This document shows, one piece after another, positions 18,543 through 28,293 of a DNA stretch of 64,000 nt; position 1 is the stretch's first letter, and each line of letters opens with the position of its first letter. The notes under the pieces were generated by a model, which saw only the letters and a program-made list of their open reading frames with translations, was not told the origin of the DNA and did no database searches. Origin of the DNA: Deltaproteobacteria bacterium (lineage in GTDB: Bacteria > Desulfobacterota > JAENJC01); assembly GCA_030646755.1 (NCBI GenBank), contig JAUSKU010000036.1:3465-67464 (forward strand), read 5' to 3'. A program made the translations under genes and the position numbers.

Positions 18543-20933
18543 GTGAAAATTTCACTAAACTGGCTAAAAGATTTTGTTGATATAGACATCTCCCCAGAGA
18601 GGCTTGCTGAGATACTGATAACTGCAGGTCTTGAGGTTGAGGGTATTACAAGGCTTGGTGAAGGGCTTGATAATGTGGTAATGGCCCGCATCCTTTCCAT
18701 GAGACCCCATCCAAATGCCGACAGGCTTACATTGTGTTCTGTGACTACAGGGGATAAGGACCATGCCATAGTTTGCGGCGCCAAGAATATGAAGGAAGGG
18801 GATATAGTCGCATTGGCTCTTCCGGGCGCCCATCTCCCCAGCGGGATGAAGATAACAAAGAGTAAGATAAGGGGCGAGGTGTCAGAGGGGATGCTCTGTT
18901 CCGAAACTGAACTCGGACTTGCCAAAGAATCCGCAGGGATAATGATCCTGCCGGAGGGGCATGGGGGGGTGACGCTTGGAAACACTCTTGCCGATGCATT
19001 GATGATGAGAGATATTGTCTTTGACATAAACCTGACGCCAAACAGGTCTGATTGTCTTTCTGTTATCGGGATTGCGAGGGAGGTTGTAGCCTTAACCGGG
19101 AAGGTGTTGAAAAGGCCGGAGATCAAACTCACAGAGGGAGATTTTGACACATCTTCCTCAGTAACTATCGAGGTTTTGGACCCGGGTGCATGTCCAAGGT
19201 ATACGGCCAGGGTTGTAAAAGGTATTAAGACTGGACCATCCCCATTATGGATGAAGAGAAGGCTTGAGGCTTCAGGGATCAGGTCTATAAACAACATCGT
19301 TGACGTTACGAACTACGTGATGATGGAGATGGGGCAGCCCCTTCATGCCTTTGACCTCGGCCTCATTGGCGGCGATAAGATTAAAATAAGAAAGGCTGAA
19401 GACGGTGAGAGGATAACTACCCTTGACGGCATAGAGAGGGTTCTTGACCAAGATGTCCCGGTTATTTCCGACAATAAAAGGGCTGTGGCCGTTGCAGGAG
19501 TGATGGGAGGGACAGGGTCTGAGATTTCAGAAGCAACCGTCGACATTTTCCTTGAGAGTGCCTATTTCAAGCCGTCCGTAGTCAGGAAGACTGCCAAGAG
19601 ATTTGCCATGCATACGGAATCTTCTCATCGCTTTGAGAGGGGGATTGACCCCAACGGAGTACTGGAGGCGTCGGACAGGGCCGTTCAATTGATACTGCAG
19701 GTTGCAGGAGGTTCAGCATCCTCAAAACCGATAGATATATACCCGAAGAAGATAGCCCCGGTGAATATAGAGATGAGGGTAAGCAGGGCCAAAAGCATTC
19801 TCGGTCTGGATACGGACATTGGTTCGGTTGTAGAGATATTTAAGATGCTTGAATATGGTGTAGAAGAGGTTGATGCGGACCGTATAAGGGTCACCCCTCC
19901 GACCTCCAGGGTCGACCTGACCAGGGAGATAGACCTCATAGAAGAGGTGGCCAGGCTCAGGGGTTATGACAGCATACCGACTACTTATCCGAAGGTGGAG
20001 GCTAAGGCTGGTGAAAGGGATAAGAATGGAGCCCTTCAGGATAAAATTCGGGGGTTCCTTTCAGGGAACGGTTTTTATGAGGCAGTGACATACACCTTCT
20101 TGTCTCCCACGGCCCTTTCACCGTTTCTTCCACCAGGTGTTGAACCAATAAGACTTTTGAACCCTTTGAGCGAGGACCAGTCTGTTCTAAGGACAACCAT
20201 TATCCCATCATTGCTTGAGGTTGTCGGCAGGAATCTCAGTTATCAGAATGAAAACCTGCGGTTCTTCGAGATAGGGAGGGTCTTTCCCTTACCTGGCGAC
20301 GAAGAGGGTGAGAAGGTTGTTGTCTCCGGGATCATGATCGGCCTGAGGTATCAAAAGGCCTGGAATCTCCCGGCTAACGAACTTGACTTCTTTGATGTAA
20401 AGGGTGTTGCAGAAAGTCTATTGGAGATGGCCGGCAGTTCAGCGACTTTCGTACACGATGAAACCATCCGATTCCTCCACCCCGGCAAGTCTGCTGTAGT
20501 CCAGGCGGACGGACTGGATGTGGGGATCTTGGGAGAGATCCATCCTGATGTTATGGAAAGGTTTGATATAAAGGGAAGGGCCTATATATTTGAGATCGAG
20601 CTTGGTGGAGTTACAGGGTTGTCAAGGGAAGCCTCCTTTACTCACATCCCTAAATTCCCTGCGGTTTACAGGGATATAGCCATTCTGGTTGATGACCATA
20701 TCCCTGCCGATATGGTTTTGAAGGCGACCAAGGGTGTGGATCCGCTTATAGCAGATGTTTCTCTCTTCGACCTTTATCATGGGGAACATATCCCAGAAGG
20801 TAAGAAGAGCTTGGCCTATTCCATCAGGTATCAGGCCCAGGACAGGACATTAAGGGAAGAAGAGGTGAACTTGTTGCACGAGAAGGTTCTCTCGGTTATT
20901 AAAGAAAATGTGGGTGGAGTTTTAAGGGGGTAA
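18543..20933 (+). CDS. pheT: Phenylalanine--tRNA ligase beta subunit
   Basis: GTG start giving VKISLNWLKDFVDI, the typical PheT N-terminus. tRNA-binding, B3/4, B5 and FDX-ACB regions are recognisable. The track start at 18483 runs through an upstream hairpin. Confidence 0.93.
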   Translation: MKISLNWLKDFVDIDISPERLAEILITAGLEVEGITRLGEGLDNVVMARILSMRPHPNADRLTLCSVTTGDKDHAIVCGAKNMKEGDIVALALPGAHLPSGMKITKSKIRGEVSEGMLCSETELGLAKESAGIMILPEGHGGVTLGNTLADALMMRDIVFDINLTPNRSDCLSVIGIAREVVALTGKVLKRPEIKLTEGDFDTSSSVTIEVLDPGACPRYTARVVKGIKTGPSPLWMKRRLEASGIRSINNIVDVTNYVMMEMGQPLHAFDLGLIGGDKIKIRKAEDGERITTLDGIERVLDQDVPVISDNKRAVAVAGVMGGTGSEISEATVDIFLESAYFKPSVVRKTAKRFAMHTESSHRFERGIDPNGVLEASDRAVQLILQVAGGSASSKPIDIYPKKIAPVNIEMRVSRAKSILGLDTDIGSVVEIFKMLEYGVEEVDADRIRVTPPTSRVDLTREIDLIEEVARLRGYDSIPTTYPKVEAKAGERDKNGALQDKIRGFLSGNGFYEAVTYTFLSPTALSPFLPPGVEPIRLLNPLSEDQSVLRTTIIPSLLEVVGRNLSYQNENLRFFEIGRVFPLPGDEEGEKVVVSGIMIGLRYQKAWNLPANELDFFDVKGVAESLLEMAGSSATFVHDETIRFLHPGKSAVVQADGLDVGILGEIHPDVMERFDIKGRAYIFEIELGGVTGLSREASFTHIPKFPAVYRDIAILVDDHIPADMVLKATKGVDPLIADVSLFDLYHGEHIPEGKKSLAYSIRYQAQDRTLREEEVNLLHEKVLSVIKENVGGVLRG

Positions 20934-20945
20934 AGGAGGTGCAGG

Positions 20946-21224
20946 ATGACAAAGGCTGAGATAGTGGAAAAGGTTTATGAGACGGTAGGGTTCCCAAAGA
21001 GAGAATCATATGAGATAGTTGAATCTGCCTTTGAAATTGTCAAAGAGGAGTTGAAGCAGGGTGGCAAGGTTAAGATAGCCGGGTTTGGAAACTTCTCCGT
21101 GAAGGAGAAGAAGAGCAGGAGAGGGAGGAACCCTCAGACCGGCGAGGAGATAGAGATACCCGCCAGAAGGGTGTTGACTTTCAAGCCCAGTAATGTCCTT
21201 AGGGACGCATTGAATAAAGAGTAA
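20946..21224 (+). CDS. ihfA: Integration host factor alpha / HU-family DNA-binding protein
   Basis: MTKAEIVEKVYE..GFGNFSVKEKKSRRGRNPQTGEEIEIPARRVLTFKPS. It occupies the conserved position after pheT. Confidence 0.85.
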   Translation: MTKAEIVEKVYETVGFPKRESYEIVESAFEIVKEELKQGGKVKIAGFGNFSVKEKKSRRGRNPQTGEEIEIPARRVLTFKPSNVLRDALNKE

Positions 21225-21227
21225 ATC

Positions 21228-21295
21228 AGGTAGAGGTAAAAGTACAGGTAAAGGTATAGCAAAAAGGCATTTTCTCTACCTCTACCTATTTTTTA
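21228..21295 (+). terminator. Putative intrinsic terminator after ihfA
   Basis: An 11-bp stem, aggtagaggta (21228-21238) with tacctctacct (21277-21287), has a large loop and is followed by a T-run (attttttag). Confidence 0.5.
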
Positions 21296-21303
21296 GGGTT
21301 CCT

Positions 21304-21660
21304 ATGAATTTAGAACTCCCTTCCACCAAAAGGTATTTCAGGATAGGTGAAGTCAGCAAGATAACAGGGGTGAAGCCCCACGTGTTGAGATATTGGGAGA
21401 CAGAGTTCAGGATAGTTTCCCCTGATAAGACAAGGTCTAATCACAGGATTTATGACAGGGATGACCTTGCACTCATAATGGAGATCAGGAGGCTCCTTTA
21501 TGAAGAAAAGTATACCATTGCAGGTGCCAAGAACAGGGTAAGGGAGATAAAAAGGGAAAAGAAGCAATTAGATATTCCATTTTCTGAACAAGCTGATATA
21601 ATGACCTCGATTAAAGGGGAGCTTGAACGGATAAAAGAGATGTTAAATGTCGGGGCGTAG
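21304..21660 (+). CDS. MerR-family transcriptional regulator
   Basis: HTH YFRIGEVSKITGVKPHVLRYWETEF..SNHRIYDRDDL. It occupies the conserved position after ihfA. Confidence 0.85.
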   Translation: MNLELPSTKRYFRIGEVSKITGVKPHVLRYWETEFRIVSPDKTRSNHRIYDRDDLALIMEIRRLLYEEKYTIAGAKNRVREIKREKKQLDIPFSEQADIMTSIKGELERIKEMLNVGA

Positions 21661-21727
21661 CGCAGTCTGGTAGCGCACACGCTTGGGGTGCGTGGGGTCG
21701 TGGGTTCGAATCCCGCCGCCCCGACCA
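21651..21727 (+). tRNA. tRNA-Pro (anticodon GGG)
   Basis: Manual cloverleaf: acceptor CGGGGCG/CGCCCCG, anticodon arm CACGC-TTGGGGT-GCGTG, T arm GTGGG-TTCGAAT-CCCGC, with an encoded CCA. The 5' 10 nt overlap the merR stop. Confidence 0.92.
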
Positions 21728-21836
21728 TAAAATTTATACCAGGTTGCTTTCAACCAATTATTGCCATTACTGAAAGCTTACTTGGTATTATGCACGGGCA
21801 TTCAAATGTTTTTATTTGAATGCGAATTGGTATAAG

Positions 21837-21871
21837 GGCCGGTGTTCGGATAAAGGGCACTGGCCTTTTTT
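21837..21871 (+). terminator. Intrinsic terminator downstream of tRNA-Pro
   Basis: An 8-bp stem ggccggtg/cactggcc (one G:U) is followed by T6. It lies inside the long version of the next ORF, which argues for the downstream GTG start. Confidence 0.6.
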
Positions 21872-21888
21872 ATAAAAAAGGAGCAGAA

Positions 21889-22872
21889 GTGGTGAACGTC
21901 AACCTTGACAAGCTTAATGAGACATTAGAGAACTTCTCTGGGGCCAGCGTCCTTGTCATCGGCGACATCATGATGGACGAGTATATATGGGGGAAGGTTT
22001 CAAGGATATCACCTGAGGCCCCTGTTCCCGTTGTAAACGTGACAAAGGAGACTTTACTTCTGGGAGGGGCTGCCAATGTCGTAAATAATATAAGGTCTCT
22101 TGGCGGGAAGGCCTATCTGGCCGGTGTTGTTGGGCCTGATGATATGGGGAGAAAGTTGATCAGTGAGCTTAGGAGTAAAGGGATAGATGCTGACGGTGTG
22201 ATTGTTGAGCATGACAGGCCGACTACTGTAAAGACAAGGATAGTCGCCCACAGCCAACAGATGGTACGATACGACAGGGAGTCGAAAGGCCTTATAGCAC
22301 CTGACAGCACCCAGAAGATAATTTCTTATCTTATTTCTATTTTGGATGCCATAGATGCAGTGATTATTTCCGATTACAGTAAAGGGGTCATCTCTGGACA
22401 GTTACTTAAAGAGGTTTTGAAGGCAGCGGGAGGAAAGACAATAGTTGTAGACCCAAAGATGGGGAATTTCCCTTTTTACACAGGGATTACGGCTATGACA
22501 CCAAATCATCATGAGGCCGCGGAAGGTGCGGGAATAACGATTTCCAATGAAAATGACGTCATCACAGCCGGTCGGATACTCCTTGAAAAGCTCAAATGCA
22601 AGTCGATCCTTATAACCAGGGGTGAGGAAGGGATGAGCCTGTTTGAAGCGAATGGCGATGTTACCCATATCCCTACGGTTGCCAAAGAGGTCTATGATGT
22701 AACAGGCGCAGGAGACACTGTCATAAGTGCCTTTACCCTCGCACTGGCTGCTGGAGCAGGATTTAAAGAGGCTGCCTATCTTTCAAATTACGCTGCCGGG
22801 ATAGTGGTTGGAAAGGTCGGGACCGCCGCTGTTACGGCGGATGAACTAAGAGAAGTGATCAAAGAATCGTGA
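21889..22872 (+). CDS. D-glycero-beta-D-manno-heptose-7-phosphate kinase (RfaE domain I / PfkB family)
   Basis: VLVIGDIMMDEYIWGKVSRISPEAPVPVV and C-terminal DVTGAGDTV. GTG start 5 nt after aaggag. Confidence 0.85.
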   Translation: MVNVNLDKLNETLENFSGASVLVIGDIMMDEYIWGKVSRISPEAPVPVVNVTKETLLLGGAANVVNNIRSLGGKAYLAGVVGPDDMGRKLISELRSKGIDADGVIVEHDRPTTVKTRIVAHSQQMVRYDRESKGLIAPDSTQKIISYLISILDAIDAVIISDYSKGVISGQLLKEVLKAAGGKTIVVDPKMGNFPFYTGITAMTPNHHEAAEGAGITISNENDVITAGRILLEKLKCKSILITRGEEGMSLFEANGDVTHIPTVAKEVYDVTGAGDTVISAFTLALAAGAGFKEAAYLSNYAAGIVVGKVGTAAVTADELREVIKES

Positions 22873-22886
22873 GAAGCACTTACGGT

Positions 22887-22994
22887 ATTTAGGGGCCGTT
22901 AAGGAATAATCAGTGCTTTTCTGGTTACGCCTTTACGGCCTCTTATGCCGTTCCCGCTATTCTGATGTCCAGGTTAATTTTGAACGACGGCTTA
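22887..22994 (+). repeat. 108-nt dispersed structured element, copy B
   Basis: See copy A (4518..4625). It ends 2 nt before the yicC ATG. Confidence 0.8.
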
Positions 22995-22996
22995 AT

Positions 22997-23869
22997 ATGA
23001 TAAAAAGCATGACTGGTTACGGAAAGGGTGAGGCCGAGGGGGATGGCCGCAGGTTTAGCGTAGAGATAAGGTCTGTAAACCATCGTTACTGCGATATAAG
23101 CGTGAGACTTCCCAGGCGCTATGCCTCACTGGAAGGTGAAGTAAAGAAGGCGATTTCCGGCAGGATATCAAGAGGAAAGCTGGATGTAACCATTATGGCA
23201 GAGGAGGGCGAAGGAACATCTGCGACCCTTGAAGTAAATATACCACTCGCAGATAGTTATTATTCCGCCCTTTGCAACCTTAAGGAGCGGCTCGGGCTTG
23301 CCGGAGACATAACGGTGAAGGAACTGAGTTCCGTCCCCGACATCATAACATTCAGGGAGGAGCCCTTAGATGTAGAAAAGGACTGGCCCTTCATACGGTC
23401 GGCGATAAACAAGGGTATGGATGCCTTAGACGAGATGAGGAGGGCAGAGGGTGACGCCCTGACATCAGAGGTATTAGGTAGACTTGACAGGCTAAGCCTG
23501 GCCATAGACAGTATCGAGGAGCGTGCTCCGGCTACGGTGCAGCTTTATAAGGACAGGCTGGCGGAGAAGATCGGCAGCCTCGGATATGAATTAGATCAAG
23601 GACGTTTGGCCCAGGAAGTAGCCTACTTTGCTGACAGATGCGATATATCTGAAGAGTTGGTGAGGCTCAAGAGCCATCTCGAACAGTTCAGGATAATCTC
23701 GCGATCCCCTGAGCCTGCCGGAAGAAAGCTTGATTTCCTTTTACAGGAGATAAACCGCGAGGTTAACACGATAGGTTCAAAGGGGAATGACGCCCTGATA
23801 TCTCAGAAGGTTATAGAGGTGAAGGCGGAGCTTGAAAAGATCAGAGAACAGGTACAAAATATAGAATAA
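22997..23869 (+). CDS. yicC: YicC-family stress-induced protein
   Basis: Starts MIKSMTGYGKGE; contains SVNHRY and a C-terminal EINREVNTIGSK motif. The track N-terminal extension crosses the repeat element. Confidence 0.88.
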   Translation: MIKSMTGYGKGEAEGDGRRFSVEIRSVNHRYCDISVRLPRRYASLEGEVKKAISGRISRGKLDVTIMAEEGEGTSATLEVNIPLADSYYSALCNLKERLGLAGDITVKELSSVPDIITFREEPLDVEKDWPFIRSAINKGMDALDEMRRAEGDALTSEVLGRLDRLSLAIDSIEERAPATVQLYKDRLAEKIGSLGYELDQGRLAQEVAYFADRCDISEELVRLKSHLEQFRIISRSPEPAGRKLDFLLQEINREVNTIGSKGNDALISQKVIEVKAELEKIREQVQNIE

Positions 23870-24127
23870 ATGGTGATAAAGGTTTTGAACATAGGTTTTG
23901 GAAATATAGTTTCTGCTGCAAGAGTTGTGGCAGTTATATCACCTTCTTCTGCGCCTATGAAGAGGTTGAAGGAAGAGGCCAGGGAGAGAGGCAAGCTCGT
24001 GGATGCCACCGAGGGAAGGATGACACGTTCAGTAATCATTACAGACAGCGACCATGTCATACTTTCTGCCCTTCAGACGGAGAGGCTTGCAGAGAGGCTT
24101 GCAGAGGGAAAGGTTGCTGATGCGTAA
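23870..24127 (+). CDS. remA: DUF370 / RemA-family regulator
   Basis: [56 protein letters not shown]. Confidence 0.85.
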   Translation: MVIKVLNIGFGNIVSAARVVAVISPSSAPMKRLKEEARERGKLVDATEGRMTRSVIITDSDHVILSALQTERLAERLAEGKVADA

Positions 24128-24725
24128 AGGGCTTATCTTTGTTGTGTCTGCCCCTTCGGGGGCAGGAAAGACATCTTTGTGCAAAAGGGTCGTTGACCTT
24201 TTCACAGACCTTCGCCATTCCATCTCATATACAACAAGGGCTCCGAGGGGAAGTGAGAGGGACGGGGTTGATTATAATTTTGTATCTGAAGGCAGATTCC
24301 TTGAGATGGTAGAGAATGATGAATTTGTTGAGTGGGCATTTGTCCATGGAAACAGATACGGGACTGCCGAGGATTCGTTAAGGAGATGTGAGGAAGAAGG
24401 GATAGATGTCATCCTGGATATAGATGTCCAGGGTGCGGCACAGATAAGGAAAAAGCTTAAGCGCGGCGTCTACATATTCGTTCTCCCTCCCTCCCCGGAA
24501 GACCTTGAAAAGAGGCTTAAGGGAAGGGGAACAGATGGGGATGAAGTGATAAGGGAAAGGCTCTCGAATGCAAGGGAGGAGGTAAGTCAGATATCTAATT
24601 ACGACTACATAATCATTAATGACCTGTTTGATGATGCAGCAGAGAGGCTTAAATCAGTCATAGTTGCGGAGAGATGTGGAAAGGACGCAGTTTTCCCGCA
24701 GATAAAGGAGAAATGGAAATTTTAA
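24120..24725 (+). CDS. gmk: Guanylate kinase
   Basis: Starts [20 protein letters not shown] (P-loop); contains [20 protein letters not shown]. The ATG overlaps the remA stop. Confidence 0.93.
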   Translation: MRKGLIFVVSAPSGAGKTSLCKRVVDLFTDLRHSISYTTRAPRGSERDGVDYNFVSEGRFLEMVENDEFVEWAFVHGNRYGTAEDSLRRCEEEGIDVILDIDVQGAAQIRKKLKRGVYIFVLPPSPEDLEKRLKGRGTDGDEVIRERLSNAREEVSQISNYDYIIINDLFDDAAERLKSVIVAERCGKDAVFPQIKEKWKF

Positions 24726-24778
24726 ACGCAAGGCATAGGGTCGATTCACCAATTAACCGTTTTTAAAGGAGGAGTAAT

Positions 24779-24976
24779 ATGGCAAGAATAACCGTTGAAG
24801 ATTGTTTGCAGAAGGTAGAAAACCGGTTTGCGCTGGTGATGCTGGCAACCAAAAGGGTCCGTCAGCTCAAGCATGGGGCCCACCCGCTGGTCAACCCGAG
24901 GGAGAATAAAGATATCGTGATTGCTCTTAGGGAAATTGCCGAGGGGAAGGTCAAGGCTGTAGCTCCTGGTAAATAA
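24779..24976 (+). CDS. rpoZ: DNA-directed RNA polymerase subunit omega
   Basis: Starts [30 protein letters not shown]. Confidence 0.92.
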   Translation: MARITVEDCLQKVENRFALVMLATKRVRQLKHGAHPLVNPRENKDIVIALREIAEGKVKAVAPGK

Positions 24977-24993
24977 TACTCAAGGTTAATAGG

Positions 24994-25037
24994 CTAAGAG
25001 GTTAAGAGGTTACTCCCTTTTGACCTTTTAGTTTTTT
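24994..25037 (+). terminator. Intrinsic terminator of rpoZ
   Basis: A 16-bp hairpin, ctaagaggttaagagg / ccttttgaccttttag (13 Watson-Crick pairs plus 3 G:U), has a 6-nt loop and is followed by T6. Confidence 0.7.
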
Positions 25038-25178
25038 CTGTTCCTTCTCCTCATTTTTTTCTTCTTTTGCCGTCCGTGGATGGTATCTCAATTATCTTTG
25101 CGCCAGACCTGGCTATTTAGATTGTTTTGTTATGTCAAAATGTGCTATTTTTTAACTTAAATTTTGATAATAGCAAAT

Positions 25179-28061
25179 ATGAACTTTACCCCATACCACG
25201 CCAAATACTTTGCTTACGAACTCACAAAGAGGAGTTCTTCTGACAGCATCCAAAAGCTGGCTGCGACACTTCTGGATGCTCAGGTTGACCTGAACCCGCA
25301 TCAGGTCGAGGCTGCACTTTTCGCCTTTCGTTCCCCGTTGTCCAAGGGGGCTGTTCTGGCAGATGAAGTTGGTCTGGGAAAGACCATAGAGGCCGCGCTT
25401 GTGATCTCCCAGAAGTGGGCGGAGCGTAAGAGAAAGATACTTGTCATAACCCCTGCCAATCTCCGCAAACAATGGAGCCAGGAACTATTGGACAAGTTCT
25501 TCCTCCCTTCCATGATTATGGAAACAAAGTCTTTCAACGAGGCGGTAAAGGCCCGTAACCTTAACCCTTTCGAATCTAAAGAAATAGTTCTTTGTTCATA
25601 CCAGTTTGCCCGTTCTAAAGAGGCTTATATCCACTCAGTTCCGTGGGACCTGGTCGTAATTGATGAGGCTCACCGGCTAAGGAATGTTTACAAGTCGTCA
25701 AACAAGATCGGAAAATCCATTAAAAAAGCCCTTGAACATGCCCCAAAGATATTGCTTACCGCCACGCCACTTCAAAACTCATTACTTGAGCTTTACGGTC
25801 TTGTAAGCATTATAGATGACTACGCCTTTGGAGATATAAAAAGCTTCCGGACACAATACAGCCGGGCCAACAGTACACCGGATGAAAAGGTCTTTCAGGA
25901 ACTCAAGGAAAGGCTCAAGCCCGTTTGCAAGAGGACCCTTCGCAGGCAGGTCCTTGAATATATCAAATACACCAACCGCATAGCATTGGTTGAAGAGTTC
26001 TACCCTACTCCTGAAGAACAGAGGCTTTATGACCTTGTCTCGGATTATCTGCAAAGCGAGAGCCTATACGCCCTTCCTACCAGCCAGCGCCAGTTGATGA
26101 CCCTGATACTCAGAAGGCTCCTGGCCTCTTCAACCTTTGCCATTTCCGGCACTCTGGCGGTATTAGCAGGGAGGCTTGATAATCTCGTTTCAACCCATAC
26201 CCCCGGCAACGGTGGTGTAGATGAGACCATTTCAAGCGACTTTGAGACCTACGATGAACTAAAAGACGAGTGGGAAGAAGACGGTGAGGAGGCGGGAGAA
26301 GAGCCAAAATACACAGAGCATGACATTGAAAATATTAAGGCCGAGATAAGTTCCCTGAATGAGTTCGAGAAACTGGCAAAATCCATTAGCAAGAACTCAA
26401 AGGGTGAAAAGCTGATTACTGCCCTTGAGAGGGGTTTTACGGAGCTTGAAAGACTGGGCGCTAAGCGCAAGGCAATTATCTTTACCGAGAGCACCCGCAC
26501 CCAGGAGTATCTGCGGAAAACCCTTGAAGAAAGGGGATATGCCGGGAAGGTCGTTCTTTTCAACGGTTCAAACAACGATCCAAAATCAAGGGAGATTAAC
26601 AAGAACTGGATAGAACGACACAAGGGCACAGACAGGGTATCCGGCTCAAAGACAGCGGATATGAGGGCGGCCATTGTGGATTACTTCCGTGAGGAAGCAA
26701 CCGTAATGATTGCCACCGAGGCAGCAGCGGAAGGGATTAACCTTCAGTTCTGCTCCCTGGTGGTCAATTACGACCTTCCATGGAATCCGCAGCGGATAGA
26801 GCAGCGCATTGGCCGTTGCCACCGTTACGGCCAGGAGTTCGATGTGGTTGTTGTGAACTTCCTGAACAAGGCCAACGCCGCAGACCAGAGGGTCTATCAG
26901 TTGCTTAACGAGAAGTTCAACCTGTTCAATGGCGTGTTCGGTTCCAGTGATGAGGTCTTGGGAAGCATAGAAAGCGGTGTGGATTTTGAAAAGAGGATCG
27001 CAAGGATATACCAGGAGTGTCGCACCTCTGAACAGATAGAAACGGCCTTTAACGAATTACAGTCTGAGCTTGAGGGGCAGATATCGGACACCATGAAGCA
27101 GACCAGGACGCAGTTGCTTGAGAACTTTGACGAGGAAGTTCACGAAAAGCTCCGTATCAACCTGGAAGAGAGCAAGGCTTACCTGTCAAAGTATGAAAAC
27201 TGGCTCTGGAGCATTACCCGCTTCTATCTCGGCAACGATGCAGATTTTGCAAGTGATGAACATTCTTTCAGCCTCAAACGCAACCCGTTCCCGGACACAC
27301 AAATACACCCAGGCCCTTATCGCATAGGAAAGAATATTGACGAGTCCAACGTGTACCGCATAAGCCACCCATTGGCACAGGGTATTATCGCCCGGTGTAA
27401 AGAATACAGTTTGCCCGAAAAGGAGTTGGTCTTCGATTATTCAGGTACGCCAAAGAAGATTTCCATACTTGAACCGCTTGTCGGTAAGTCAGGCTGGTTA
27501 ATGGCACAGGTGCTCTCCGTCTCTTCTTTTGAAACAGAAGATTATGTCCTGCTGAGCGGGTTCGCCTCCGGTGGCCTGGCATTGGATACGGAGCAATGCC
27601 GCCGCTTGTTCTCACTGTCTGCTGCCGAAAGGGGCGCAGATATTCAAATCACGAATACCGATAATAAAAGCCTGAAAGATAACCTTGCGTCCCAGAAGAA
27701 CGTCATATTGAGCGATATAAACACCCGGAATGCCGATTACTTTGAGCAAGAGCTGGAAAAGCTGGATAAGTGGGGAGAAGACCGCAGGAATTCGCTGAAA
27801 ATCACCCTGAAGGAGTTGGACGACCAGATCAAGGAAATAAAGAAGCAGGCCCGTCTTGCCCCAAATCTGCCTGAAAAGTTGAAGTTGGAGAAGGAAAGGC
27901 GTAAACTGGAGGCCCAAAGAGACGAGGCCTGGAGAGAATACGATGGGGCAGCAAAGGAGATTGAAAAGAGCAAGGACGGCCTGATTGATGAGATTGAAAA
28001 GAAGCTCAGTCAGGAGATAAAGGAAGAACAGCTCTTTTTGATTAGATGGACGTTAGCGTGA
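25179..28061 (+). CDS. SNF2-family ATPase/helicase with a long C-terminal extension ending in a coiled coil
   Basis: Motifs LADEVGLGKTIEA, VIDEAHRLRN, LLLTATPLQNSL and NYDLPWNPQRIEQRIGRCHRYGQ. The C-terminal ~340 aa belong to no recognised family, and the last ~100 aa are K/E-rich heptad-like. Confidence 0.85.
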   Translation: MNFTPYHAKYFAYELTKRSSSDSIQKLAATLLDAQVDLNPHQVEAALFAFRSPLSKGAVLADEVGLGKTIEAALVISQKWAERKRKILVITPANLRKQWSQELLDKFFLPSMIMETKSFNEAVKARNLNPFESKEIVLCSYQFARSKEAYIHSVPWDLVVIDEAHRLRNVYKSSNKIGKSIKKALEHAPKILLTATPLQNSLLELYGLVSIIDDYAFGDIKSFRTQYSRANSTPDEKVFQELKERLKPVCKRTLRRQVLEYIKYTNRIALVEEFYPTPEEQRLYDLVSDYLQSESLYALPTSQRQLMTLILRRLLASSTFAISGTLAVLAGRLDNLVSTHTPGNGGVDETISSDFETYDELKDEWEEDGEEAGEEPKYTEHDIENIKAEISSLNEFEKLAKSISKNSKGEKLITALERGFTELERLGAKRKAIIFTESTRTQEYLRKTLEERGYAGKVVLFNGSNNDPKSREINKNWIERHKGTDRVSGSKTADMRAAIVDYFREEATVMIATEAAAEGINLQFCSLVVNYDLPWNPQRIEQRIGRCHRYGQEFDVVVVNFLNKANAADQRVYQLLNEKFNLFNGVFGSSDEVLGSIESGVDFEKRIARIYQECRTSEQIETAFNELQSELEGQISDTMKQTRTQLLENFDEEVHEKLRINLEESKAYLSKYENWLWSITRFYLGNDADFASDEHSFSLKRNPFPDTQIHPGPYRIGKNIDESNVYRISHPLAQGIIARCKEYSLPEKELVFDYSGTPKKISILEPLVGKSGWLMAQVLSVSSFETEDYVLLSGFASGGLALDTEQCRRLFSLSAAERGADIQITNTDNKSLKDNLASQKNVILSDINTRNADYFEQELEKLDKWGEDRRNSLKITLKELDDQIKEIKKQARLAPNLPEKLKLEKERRKLEAQRDEAWREYDGAAKEIEKSKDGLIDEIEKKLSQEIKEEQLFLIRWTLA

Positions 28062-28155
28062 GAGTCTAATAACCGGATGCCCGACAGTAGGCTTCGGGCA
28101 TGACAAATTAAATGCAATGGTGATTTAGAAGATGAAAAAACAGTTACCAAAAAAC

Positions 28156-28182
28156 TTGACACAGGTAAGCGACTGTTATAGT
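28156..28182 (+). promoter_or_regulatory. Putative extended -10 promoter in the SNF2/DUF1016 spacer
   Basis: TTGACA (28156-28161), a 15-nt spacer, then TGT-TATAGT (28174-28182). Confidence 0.45.
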
Positions 28183-28293
28183 TTAGCATCAACAACACCT
28201 GCCACGCCTCTCGTGATAAACGATGCGCACCCCGGCGGGTTTTTTTATGCCTGAAATATGGGAACAGTCTATGTCGAAAGGGTCGTCTGAACT

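Noticed and set aside
21798-21823. Perfect 10-bp AT-rich palindrome gcattcaaat-N6-atttgaatgc after tRNA-Pro, considered as a terminator
   Set aside because: No T-run follows it, and the real terminator appears to be 21837-21871. It may be an operator, but I have no supporting evidence.
22913-22996. N-terminal extension of yicC in the ORF track; similar extensions occur at polX 4681, pheT 18483, rimP 53027, eno 48050, rpmI 10565 and gmk 24054
   Set aside because: The extensions run through repeats, terminators, a tRNA or upstream genes. Conserved N-termini with SD sequences begin at the internal starts.
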